Assembly (NCBI GenBank): GCA_000934665.2
Contig: KZ538110.1
Span: 62,001 to 123,162, forward strand
DNA: 61,162 bases
Direction of reading: 5' to 3'
Source of the DNA: Catajapyx aquilonaris
Lineage: Eukaryota
Positions 36,987-49,700 of this stretch are shown piece by piece; the stretch's first letter is position 1, and every line of letters begins with the position of its first letter. The translations under genes were made by a program, and so were the position numbers. Below the pieces are notes generated by a model. It did no database searches. It had not been told where the DNA came from and saw only the letters and a program-made list of their open reading frames with translations.

Positions 36987-37787
36987 ACTGTACATATGTA
37001 CAGTACAGTACATCTCAGCAATATATCTCACAGTCAGTAAAATCTATCCACACTGAAAATAATGAGAAAAGAGAAATAGAAAACAGATTATGTCGAGGAG
37101 AGCCATGGCTGGGGCAAGGTAAGTGCCATCATTGTCTTTGGCAGGAGAGAACACCATCAGTAGCTAGTCCCACTCCTCCTCAGGGACAATCAGCAGGCAC
37201 CCACTGATGAAGGCCAGTCCAACTCCTCGTGGTCTGGGAGGGTCAAGGGACACTACCTGGGGACTGTCCCACCCGCTGCTCTAGCCCCCTCTTCTTAAGA
37301 TGCTCCGGTCGCCTGGACTTGGGTGATGGTCAGGGAATGGAGATTGCTTTTGCCCCTCCCCAAAATTCAGTTGTGGTTAAAATTAAAATAGTAGTTTTCA
37401 AGGAAAGGATGAGATCATGAAAATTACCACCTTTTGGTTGGCTCCCTGTGGTATACCAGCACTTTGGTTAATCTCGTTTTATACTGGCAGGCCACTATTT
37501 GTGGAGTAATATGGTACAAGTATGTGTTGAGATTTTGGTAAGAATATTGGTCTTGTGGCTAATGTGCCTCAGTACCAATAAATGTGAGGTTCTAAAAGAA
37601 ACACAGAGACACATGTACAAAAAATTAACTTTAGAGGAAGAAGATGAAAGAAATGCAGGTGTCATTTAAAAAAGAACAGGTCACAGCAGAAAATTTACGA
37701 ACACTATCCTTTATTTCTTTTTAGTGAAACTTGTGATTTTGTCACATAAACCTCAGTAACTTTGGTGCTCTTCTTGACTAAAATTAA

Positions 37788-40700
37788 TCACAGTCCTTCT
37801 GCTTCCATGTAACGGAGTAACGTGGTCATCTCGTGTGTATCTTTCGTAGTCATGGTGTGTGGCAAGGTCCACACACGCAATCGACCAGCAGCGTCTCCTA
37901 CAGCCAGATGATTGGACCTGTTGGGTAAATACACAGAATTTCTTTAAAATTTACCTTTATTATTGAGTAGCAAGGTACCTGTTTTTTGCACAGAAATGGT
38001 TGAATGAATGAAATAAGTTTGTAAAACCCACATATTCAGTAGTTAGCTATAGGTCAGAGGGTTTGAAAATGCTCGTCCTTCAGAGACATGTTTGGTTTTT
38101 TTGCAGAGTCTTTTTGTGCTCCTGAAAGAACCAAAATCGTTGAGAAGTAATATACTAATTATGTTGCTGTGATGCATACAAGCCACAAGGCGGTTCCAAT
38201 CAGAGGAAAATCTAGAAAAATATTTGGGGACATACTGTGCAAGTGGAAATGGGCTGTAACAGTTGAGAGCAAGTGATACTTGCTTGCACTGTCTTCTGCA
38301 CAAGTTTTGTGACTGTCTGTCAGTTTATCGTTGGTATGGTCTCTGCTCTAGTTTTTTTTATAATAATTATTATTTGTTATTTTAAACCCGGTGATAGAGC
38401 TCGTGGCCCTCTTAGGGGAGAAGGGGAGTTCCCAAGGGAGGGCACCATGCGATAGCCATTTCTGACATTCTTTAACACCAGGCCTTTTCTCCTGGCCCCA
38501 AGCAGAGAAGGAAGTGCAATTCTGCTCCGGCATGTTGGGAGAAAAGCGGAAAAAGACCTGGCCAAGCAGAGGTGACGGGGACGGGGTTTGAACACCAGCC
38601 TCCCGCTTGGCTGGCCAGTGGCGTAACCACTAGACCACCATGCCGCCCTATTTTGCTCTAGTTTGTTCCCTTATATTATTTTATACTTTAAGGTTTAAGC
38701 CTATAAAATTTGTCTAGCTCTTTTATTTTCTGTAACATTATAGTCCATACCTCAGCAAAAGTAAAATTTGTGTGCCTATTTAAGTGCCTATTTCGGGGGT
38801 TTTGCGTGCCAATTTCAGGGTTTTTTTCGTACCTAAAAATCCTGACTCTAGTCATTACTTGGGGGCAGGGGAAGTTCCACAAGTTCATAAGGATTTTCTC
38901 TCTCTCTCTCTCTTTTTTTTTCAAAGTGATATGCTAGGTGCTAGGGTACATATTCAGAAGAAGCAATCCCAAAGTGTAATGGGTGCCTAAATATTTTTAA
39001 ATTTTGGTTATTTTGTCAATCACTTTCAAAACCCTTTTGCCAATTATTTCAACAGTACATTATTGAATACATTGCCATGTGTTGTCATTTGTGATTTCTC
39101 TCTCTCTATACAGTAACTGTGGCATTGTGTGATCTCCCTTCCTGAAAATGGTCTTTCTGCCTTTTTACAATGCTGTAAGTTGGTTGGTTGTTGGTTGGCT
39201 GACCAGCGGAGCCAGCGCAACTAAGGTTATCTGGAGAAGATAAGAAGGAAAGAGGTTTTGGACAGTGGGAATCACTTCATGACATAAGTATGTTCTTGGT
39301 TTTGCCATGTGCACCTACCACCCGAGTTTGGTATGCATGCAATGCTACCAGTGGTGTACACTGTACAGAGGGACCCAGAGTAACAAGTGCCAAGTTATGG
39401 TTGATGTTACATAAGGTGTCTTCTAATCCTGTGGTTCAATTCTTCCACATTCTTGCCATTATAATACTATTTATGCATGGAATTTGTCAGTGCAAAAAAA
39501 AAAAAAAAACCTATTTTGATAAAGACTTTCACTATAGAGCAACATGGAATCATGGAAATAGATTTTTCAAATAAAACATCCCTACATATTTTTAAAGTGT
39601 CTTAATACTCACAGGTCAAAACTCATTGCAGTGATGGGCATCTTTCTCGTAGATTCTGGCTGCACAACAGTCAGAGACTGAGTGGGAGTATTCTTGAGGT
39701 CACAAAAATTCAATGCTCCTTTGCTGTCACCAATAACAAAAAGCAATGGCTTCACTGGAGACCACTGCACATCACATCCATGGTTTTCCAGGTACATTCG
39801 CCGGGCTGGTTCCATAGGCTGAATATATAATGAAACAGATTAGGACGGTCTAGGGCAGGGAATATCAACATTTTTGCCCTTGCAGAAGCCTTAAAATAAT
39901 ATTGACGTCTCAGGTATATAAAAGTTATTATATACTGGGTGGTCCAACTTCAAGTGTCGTTTTATAACGGCGATTAATAGCAGTGATTTTGTGATGACGT
40001 AGCAGCGACGTGTAAAATGTCCCACTTCGGCGCCATCGAAAATATTAGCTGCCAATAGCAGCACACATGTAATCAACCCTGCTGCTGGGTTGACCTGGAA
40101 AAAAGGAGGTGCACACAGTCATGACCTGCGATGCGCCTGGGTGAAATGGGTGACGCCCATGGCACCAGATGGACCATGGACCTGTAATGCAAGGGGGAAG
40201 CCTGCAAACGAAACACAGCTAATATTTTCAATGGCGCCGAAGTGGGCCATTTTACACGTGGCTGCTACGATAATCGTAAAGCGCTTCTATTAATAGCCGT
40301 TATAAAACGACACTTGAAGTTGGACCACCCTGTATTAATTAATGGCTCAAAAAACATTTACATAATTATGATAAGCCTATTCATAATTTTCTCACTTAAC
40401 CCCTGGCAATTGCTCGCGGAACCCCAGTTGAGAAACCCTGGTCTAGGGTTAGTCCTCTCATAAAGACTGTAAATTGGAAAAAAAGGGCCTCAGTTTTTGA
40501 TCCATTCATGGGCACACTCAAAATTACAGTGGTAATTTTTGTTTAAAAATATGCCACATGTTGACTTTACACAATTGCATCAAGCTTTCATCATAGTATA
40601 TAGGAATAGTGGGGTGAAATACAAATCCCAGGCAGAGATCAAGGCAACAACCTTGATTTACCAACAAAATATGAATATCACTAGCCCTGTTGTCAAATTC

Positions 40701-43700
40701 ACTTCGTAAACTATGCCATCCTGTTCGTTCTCTTAGTAACCTGTGGTTACTAATTTTCAAAATGAAAGTTAGTACAAATGCAATTGAATCGTGGCACTCA
40801 AAACCGCGCTATGTTGCATTTCAAGATAAACCAAACTCGACCTTATTGAACAAAGCCTATAATAACGAAAATACAGATTGCACATATGTGAGATATTGGT
40901 ATCCACAAAAAGATGCAGCGAAACTGTCGACATACCAGGTGGTACACCCTTGACTTGAATGATTCCTGTATGGCAAGTGACAGGACCCCCCTGCAGAGGC
41001 CGAAAAAACATAGCGTGGTTTTGATTTACACGCTGACGTGGGACGTAAACCCACACTATGTTGAGCAAAAATCACATTTATGATGCATGCAACTTGCAAT
41101 ATTATGATTCACAGAATAGGGTGCAGGAAAAATAGTTCCGGTGAAACGGAGCCCATTCCAGGTGGTTTGACGCTCTTCGCTCAAGAAAGAGACATTTGAT
41201 GATTGGTAGTAGTACACCCCCACTTGCAACTCACCCTGAACATAGCGCGGTTTTACGTTCAACAGAATACTGAGTGAAAAGGAACATGACTGTACCAAGG
41301 AAGTGCACGGAATGTAGGAATGTAGGTCCTAATATGCAACACACAGGGGAGGTGTGGTGGCCGAGATGGTAACGTCTCGGCTTGCTGAGCGAAAGGTCCC
41401 AGGTTCGATCCCAGCCTGGGAGCTCCCTTTCGCCTGCGTCAGGAGGGTCTCTGACCCGCGCCTTGGAGGTGTCTGGCAACCTAACCTCCTGGGGGACTGC
41501 ACATGGCCCAGTTTGAGACATTGCACTTGCATCCGTGTCCCCTCCCCAAAAAATCCCCATTCCCTTCCCCATTTCCCATTCTCCCCTGCATGGTGTTAGA
41601 AGAAAAATTCAGAAAATTGAGATGAAAAGATGGTGGTATTCCACCCCCCTAAAGGAGCGATGATTCTCCCAATGCAATGGGGTAAGTAAAATAAATAAAA
41701 ATAATAAAAATATGCGACACACCTCTATATCAATCAATCAATCATTTATTAACCTCCATGCCTCATTCCACAGGGAGGGACAATCAGAATACCCAATAAC
41801 AAAAAATACAGAACAGAAAGTACAGAACTCTCTCAGTTTTGACTATAATATTACAAATAAACCCGTATATGTCACCTATGCGTTAACAATGTGTATCCAG
41901 TCTGTGACATAACAAAAATAATAATAGAGGGCCTGTAGTTGCATATCTGAGGGGTTCAGTAAAGGCCTCCACATGTTTTCCCTACCGAATCCCGTAAACT
42001 CCCGCCTCAGTCTCCCTCTCCCTCCGTCAAACAATATGCACTTCCACCATAGATGGTACCATTCACCCATATTTCCCTGATAGCATAGGCTGCACGGTTC
42101 TTCCGGATTGATGGAAACACTCCCTGTCTTTATTCAACGGCAACCACCGGGCACCTAACCGGAAGCATGCAAGCATTCTGGTAATGTTTATCTGCAGTGG
42201 GGGCGAGATATAACGTGCAGCAATGTATCTATTCTCATCGTAAACCCATATTTTATTGGAAACAACATAAATAACTTTATTTATGTCGTTTATGACTTCA
42301 GCGACACACCTGCATATGTATTTAGAAGACCGCATGTGTCAATGGACAGAAGGAATAGGGATCCCAGTGTACCTAGATTCCGTGCTATTCCTTGGTTCAC
42401 TCTTATTCCCTTTGACTTGATATTCCATGGTACGTAAAACCGCGCTATGTTCAGGGGGAAGTACTGCTTGCCACCGTACGGCTCCTGCTCTTGTCGAGTG
42501 TTGAACAACTTGGTATGGGTTCAGTTTCACCAGAACTATTTTTCCTGCACTCTATTCTGCAAATATAATTGCAAGTTTAATATGCGCACCATAAATTTGA
42601 TTTTCGCTCAACATAAGTGTGGTTTTACGTTCCACAACAGTGTGGAAATCACAACCACGTTATGTGTTTTTTGGGCTCTACAGGGGTGTCCAACGGTCAC
42701 TTGCCATTCAGGAATAGTTCAAGTCAATGGGGTCGTACCATCTGGTATGTCGAAATTTTCACAGCATCTTTCCATGGATACCAATATTATCCATGTGAGA
42801 TCTGTATTTTCATTTTATAGGTTTTGTTCAATAAGGTCGAGATTCGCTTATCTTGAAAATGTTGAGTTTCATGATTCAATTATTATTAGCTGTAAAACTG
42901 ATACACAGCATGATTAATATAATCATGATTAAATTCTAATGACAGTTACATTTATTTTAATTTTTTAAGGTGCCTTTCTAGTAATATTCTGAAAGGATTA
43001 AGGTAGATATTCTGTCTGTACACCTCTGAGCCAAAAATAAGATTTGGTCATTATCCCCCTTTGTGTTAGGTAGCTCTCTGCTGGCAATCCCTAAAAAGTC
43101 TCACAAAAAATGGCATATTTCATGCTATGGACAGGTAGATTCTCAGACGGTGGAGCCGTCTAGCGGCCGGAAAGTGCAGTTTTTACAGGAAAGAAGGGCG
43201 ACTCGTGCTTGGCTCACACAGTGGGGTCGGAAGTCACAATAATGTTTCACTTCTGGCAGAGAGGATGCCATTTACTGTGCTGATACTACATCCCTTCCTG
43301 AACGTAAATAGCCCCAGACCACAAGTTATAAGGCTCTAATTAGCCCGTAATTAATTCATCAAAATGGTGGTATTCAGGAAATATATATTGCGGAATTCCA
43401 CTCTTATTTACAGCTATTTATCATGTATGACATGTTATTTTCACACACGTTGTAGTGTAAAACTCCATCGAAATATTAAATAATTTTAAATTGTCATTTT
43501 ATCATTATAACATTAAATAAGGCCGCCATAACATTAAATAAGGCCGCCAAAAGTCGGAAAATAAACTTTTCAGCTACATGGTCATGTTTGGTATGAAATC
43601 ATGTGTTTTTGAGGGTGCAGAATTCAGTGGTGGCACCGAAAATAGTACCAGACAATTCCTGAAGTAATACAGTGAAACCTGTCTATAACGGACCCTGCTT

Positions 43701-46700
43701 ATAGCGTAAACCTGTCCATCACGGAAAATTTTTAGGGACTCGATTCTGCTATACACAGGTTTCATAGTAATAAACTCTTTGAAAAGATGTACCTATGTTT
43801 TCATTTTACACAAACCGTCAGACACTAGAAGTGGAATTAATTATACAGCAGCTAATGTGCATTTTAGAAAGATAAGATGTGTTTATAGTTTAAAAAAAAA
43901 TTAGTCCGAGCATCCCATCCGACCACTGGGTAATGCAATCAGAACCATTCGTATACATCATTTCTTGAACATCGACCTTCACATGGGCGTAACAGGGTAG
44001 CTACATTGAAAAAACAAGTTTTTCGCGAATTTACATAAAGAGCACCGTTTCTTGCTGGGTCCACTTGCGATCAGCTCTTCCGAGGTTTTCGCGACATCTG
44101 CAATGGTTGACCCTGGTATACCACAGCCGCAAATAGATTTTTTCCATCCCCAAGTATCTGGTGGTGGCTGTGTGTGGCTATGTAGAGCAGAATCGAGACC
44201 CTAAAAATTTTCTGTAAGGGACAAGTTTTCGCTACAAGTAGGGTCCGTTATAGACAGGTTTCACTGTATTACTTCTGGGATTGTCTGGTACTATTTTCGG
44301 TACCACCACTGAATTCTGAACCCTCAAAGACGTATGATTTCATATCAAGCATGTAGCTGAAAAGTTTATTATCCGACTTTTGGCGGCCATATTTAATGTT
44401 ATAATGATTAAATGGCACTTTAAAATTATTTAATATTTAGATGGAGTTTTACACTCCAACGTGTGTGAAAATAACATGACATACATGATAAATAGCTATG
44501 AATAAGAGCGGTATTCATAAATATATTATTCTTGATGACCGCCATTTTGATGAATTAATTACTGGCTAATTAGAGCCTAAACACTTGGGGTCTGGGGCTA
44601 TAAACGTTCAGGAAGGGATGTAGTATCAGCACCGTAAATGGCATCTTCCCTGCCAGAAGCGAAACATTCTGCCACTATTTCGGACGTTCCGACCCCACTG
44701 GCCGCATACACAGTTTCCTGCCAGAACTTGCGCTTTAGACCGCCAATGGCGCCACCATCGAGAATCTACCTGTCCATAGCTGAAGGCCAATCAAGTGAGA
44801 GGTGTCATGGAACCTGTCCTGCAGCAGTCATCTAGGTTGAAGCTAAAAAACAAACTTCTCAGTTATTCCCCGAGGTTAGACCTGTTTACATAAACAATTA
44901 ATTTCCTGCTTGCACATATGCACAAAATTCTTTATGGCAGGAGCCAACAACAGCATACCTGAAGCATGTTGAACAGGCGAACCTCACCATCTGAAGAGCA
45001 GCTGACAAAAGCATCTCTTATGAAGGGAGAATAGCGCACTTGCAGGACAGCTCCCACATGTGGCTCGTACAAGTAGCTCACTGGACTACAAGGACTGATG
45101 GCTTCCTTTCCTTCTGGTTCTTTACCTTCCGGTGTAGGAAGTGGAAGGACGCTCGCTTGGGAACACTGGACAACTCCACCCTTGTCTGTCCCAACAATAA
45201 AGAGAGTTTCATCTTCGGAGTTAAAAGACATGCAGGTCAGGCCCAGGTTAGACTCCATATATCCTTGTGGTCGCAGCCTGTACGGCAGCTTCTCCATCTT
45301 TATCTCAAACCTGAAAAATAATTATTACGAAAATGCTTCCTGTCAAGTAAAATTACTCACCATTTCAATGGTTCCAAAGATTTATTTCGTTGGTCAATCT
45401 GCCAAATGAATACTCTTCCATCACGGCTGCAAGTACACAGACTAGCATCACGGTTTGATGCCTTGGTGCTCCATGTAACACCAGTAACAGCTTCTGCATG
45501 TCTGGCACCACGATTGTCATTTGTTCGGGCCACTAAATCTGAACCCTCTCCCACATCCTGCACTTCCACAGTTCCTGAAAGAAATATTAGCCAGTCAAGT
45601 AATAACCAGAGCCCACATTTCATTGCAACACACCATTAAAAGTTCCTATGGCCAGGTATGTGGCCTTGGTAGGGTGGAACTGAATACAGGTAACACAGTC
45701 TTTGGCATGAATCATGCTGCAATGTTGTGTGGGATTAAACTTGCGTGATCCTGGCTCCCATAACAAAACAAGTCCCTCATGGTTACACCAGCTGATGTGC
45801 TCTGAAACACAATATGATGATGCCACCCAATATCCACCACAGCTCCATGAGACTGATGACACAGGAACCTAAAATGGTCATGAAATTAATAACACACCTG
45901 CAGTGAAGTTCATCGAACCACTTACATCATCTGGAATGGCATTTGAACGTAGTTCATACAGTACTTTGGGCTTTTCAATCTGTGAATCATGCTCATCATC
46001 TTCATCAAGATGGTGATAGTCTCCCTCATCTGCAGACAACTCCTCTAGGATCCCAGGTGTCACACGCCTTAAGAATGCAGCCAAGGATGCCTCGTCAACA
46101 GTCACTCCCATTCTAGATTGGGGGGCAGTAACTAAATCTGCCTGAGTCTGCAAGGTGTAGTGGAACTCTGCAGTGTATTTCAATAATGTGACATGATTCT
46201 GGCATTTTTAAATATAGCATGCTTTAGCATGGTATAGGGCAGACAAGTACAGTAAAATGGGGTGAATAGCTACAAAACTGTACAAAAACTTAAATTGTCG
46301 GCATTTTAAAAAGTGGAAATATATCAAAATAGGGTATTGCAGGAGTTAAGAAAATTTCTTTTCTATGAGTTGCCATAAACATAATTGCTTTAAAAATTAT
46401 TTCCTGTTAGGTGGGCATCATGAGAAGCAGGTGTTATTTTGGCACCATTTTTTATAACCTACAATCTGTTTCTTGATTAAATCAGGTGGTTAGGCTGATC
46501 ATTGGATGAATGCACAATGGAATTCAGTGGCAAGTAATTTGAGATCTCCAAACTTAAAATTGCAACACTTCAAACAGGGTATTGCAAAAATGAAAAATGA
46601 ATGAGCCCATACTAATTTCACTCAATTTAAAGTATAGAGGTTCAAAAAATTAGGGGTTATTGACCATATCCATAAAAATTAACATTCTGCAAGGTTCCTA

Positions 46701-49700
46701 GCACTTTCTGTGGTCATTTGAAGCAGCAAAAATGGCAAATTAATGAGTTTCAAGCTCATGTTTTCACAACTTCAATTTTTCATCTAATATTTTAGTCAAA
46801 GGACATCCTAGAATGCACTTCTGGAACCACCAACTATGTCCATGGAGATGCTGTCACATAATAAAAGGAGTAAACAGTGTCAACAAAAGGAGTAAACAGT
46901 GTCAACAAAAGGATGTTTACTAGTATATTTGTGTGAGGGCTGCTCCATGGATATTCGAAAAAAGTGGGAGGTTCCAGAAGTGCATTCTAGGATGTCCTTT
47001 GATTAGCAAAATCAATCCTGGCAGGGATCCTTCTTCGAAAAAACAAAATGGTGTCCTTGGCTGTGGTATCATGCTGGTATCATGTTTTTGAACACCCTGT
47101 ATATCAGTTGTAGTATACAAAAACACTACTTGATTTGTTACAGGATGAGTGAGCTCACCTCAGCATCATTCTGCATGGTGACTTGGGAGGCACTTTCCTT
47201 TGCTTTCACTTCGTCTGTCTGACAGGTACCTTCTTCAGTCAATCTGCAAAGAGTTAGCTCCTTTGATCTCACATGATTGGGAGTAATCACATGCAGCCAA
47301 GCAATATACAGCCTGGTGTTTCTCTGCCCACACTTACGATTGGAAGTGGAGGAGAAAGGTGCAGTGAGTCAGTAAAATCTACAATTTTCTCCAAATACAC
47401 TGCCTGTACTTATTTTGCTGTTGAACCCTAGCTAAAGATGCCATATATCACTTTAAAATATGAAAGAAAAGTGAAAATTAATGTAGAGACAAAATGTCCC
47501 GACATCACCGGAGGATGAACTATTTGCATGTCACCGGAAGAGGTTAAATGTTGCTAGGTCTACTCGTTTATGGCCTGATGAAGCACTGGTGCCTGTACCA
47601 GTGCAAGCACTGCATTTGTTTATGTGAGTGCACAGGTAGTAGGGAGCATGGCAGCCCCCCCCCTGCAACTCCCACTCTAGCCTTAAGAGGACGGTCGTGC
47701 TCTCAACGAGTCCTTCGCCACCACTGATTTGCCGCTGCAATTGGGCACTGTACCAAATCGCATTCGGGCAGACAACTTCTGAACCATTCTGAACATACCC
47801 CACCAGCGATTTGTCACGGTGCAAATTGCATTCAGGCAGCTGGTGCGCTAATCTGCGGATGGGGGCTAAATACCGAAACTGTCAATTCACATTTAGTCCC
47901 CATCCGCAGATTAGCGCACCAGCTGCCTGGATGCAATTTGCACCGTGACAAATCGCTGGTGGGCGAATCTGCAGATGGGGGCCGAATGTAATTGATGGTT
48001 TAGGTAGGTTCAGAAGTTGTCTGCCTGAGGACCGATTTCTCGAACAGTGGTTCAAATGTAAACCAGCTTCAAATCCAGTTTAATCCCAGTTCAGAGAAAT
48101 TTGCATTTCTCAAGGCAAATGTAAACCCCGGATGAGGTTTAAACTCGGTTCACATCTGACGGCCCGATTGCCGGTCGTTATCGGGAATAAACCGGGTTTG
48201 CAGTGCCAGGAACAACAATGAAAGGTGTCATTTTTTGACTAGTTGCCGACGTTACTCTGCAAAATGAGTTTTTTACTGCACTTCTCGGAGGCCAAAAAAT
48301 TCCCCCTGCGAACCCTGGATAGTGCAAATCTTTGTCTATCTAATGATATATTTGAAACTTAGAAATCGGCATTTGTGTAATCATAATTAATTTAATTGCA
48401 CACCTCAGTTATCTTCGCCGTTTCTCATCCGAATTACTTTGTGAATGTATCGACAGCAAGCCAGAAATGTGCGTGATAAAATTACGTCGTGCTCTATTAC
48501 ACCAAAATTTTTAAAAGTATTTAAAAGTATCGCCGTGTATTCCCGCCAGGAAGCGGGCTGGGTACTTGTCTATTAAACATACTAAAACAATACTTTTAAA
48601 AAGTTTAGTGTAATAGAGCACAATGTAATTTTATCTCTCACATTTCCGGCTTGCCGTCGATACATTCGTGAAGTAATTCGGATTACAAACGGCCGAGATA
48701 ACGAAGGTGTGCAATTAACTTAATTATGATTACACAAATGGTGATTTCTAAGTTTCAAATATATCATTAGATAGGCAAAGACTTGCACTATCCAGGGTTC
48801 ACAGGGAACAATTTTTGGCCTCCGAGAAGTCTCACTAAAAATTCATTTTGCGGAGTATCGTCGCCAACTAGTCAAAAAATGCCACTTCAAATGCGTTGTC
48901 CCTCTCTCCACCTTCTAGACTTGCTGACTAGCGTTTGTTTACATGCCGGTAAAGACTCGCGCTGAAGCTCAGACAGGTTCGGGGAAATGGGGAGGACGCG
49001 ACATGTGGCAATGGTGCAATTCTAACGTGGGGGTGGCGTTCGCATAGTAACCGAGGATTTGTTTACGCTCGAGAAATGAGCACACGCAGAAGGGGAGTTT
49101 AAACTGAATCCAGTGTGTAGACGCAAACCCAGTTTAAACTGACTTGAACCACAGTTCGAGAAATCGGGCATGAATGTGATTTGGTACAGTGGGCCACATT
49201 CGTTAAGCACCCGCAAAAGGAGAGGGAGTTGCAGGGGGCTGGGGCATGGCCTAGATGCACTGCATTAGTTTATTTTGGTGTAAGCTCAGCTATACACTCT
49301 GATTGGCAAGTGCAAGGCCAGTGTAAATAGGCCTGTTTCCACCAGCATAATTTTTGTTATGGACAAAATGCAAGCTAGAACAATTTTTTGTTGCTAGGCA
49401 ATTAATAATAAAGTTTGTTTGATTTTGTGCTCCATTTTTATGCTTTTCTTTTTGTTCTCGATAATTATGCCGGTGGAAACAGGCCCTAAGTGATGTAAGG
49501 TGTCCTTACATTGGCTTGCATTAACATCATTGCACTACATTCTGACATCACTGCCCCTTACACCACACTGGCTGATAAAAGAATATACCTAGTGAAATCA
49601 AAGTGCAGTACAATGTCATTGTACAAGCAGGTGTAAAGATACCTTACACCAGCCTTGGACTCTCTAATCAGATCATACACCACAATAAATGAATGCAGTG

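Larger units (their letters stand above)
40800..42861. repeat. Long diverged inverted repeat (arms ~40817-41320 and ~42371-42861)
   Basis: Arms align colinearly as reverse complements; repeated AAAACCGCGCTATGTT motif; a SINE and a LINE fragment occupy the centre. Confidence 0.8.

Noticed and set aside
37204..37240. CTGATGA followed by a weak stem
   Set aside because: No GAAA core, so not a hammerhead.
42447..42917. 156-aa ORF
   Set aside because: Lies in the arm of the inverted repeat and the frame is not preserved in the opposite arm.
43506..43548. 21-bp tandem duplication (also a 22-bp one at 46863-46912) as a CRISPR-like array
   Set aside because: Only two adjacent units with no spacers; local slippage in a eukaryotic repeat.
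47338..47378. AG/GT-bounded 41-nt candidate WDR34 exon
   Set aside because: Its phase does not fit between exons 50296 and 47243 and the peptide is unlike WDR34.
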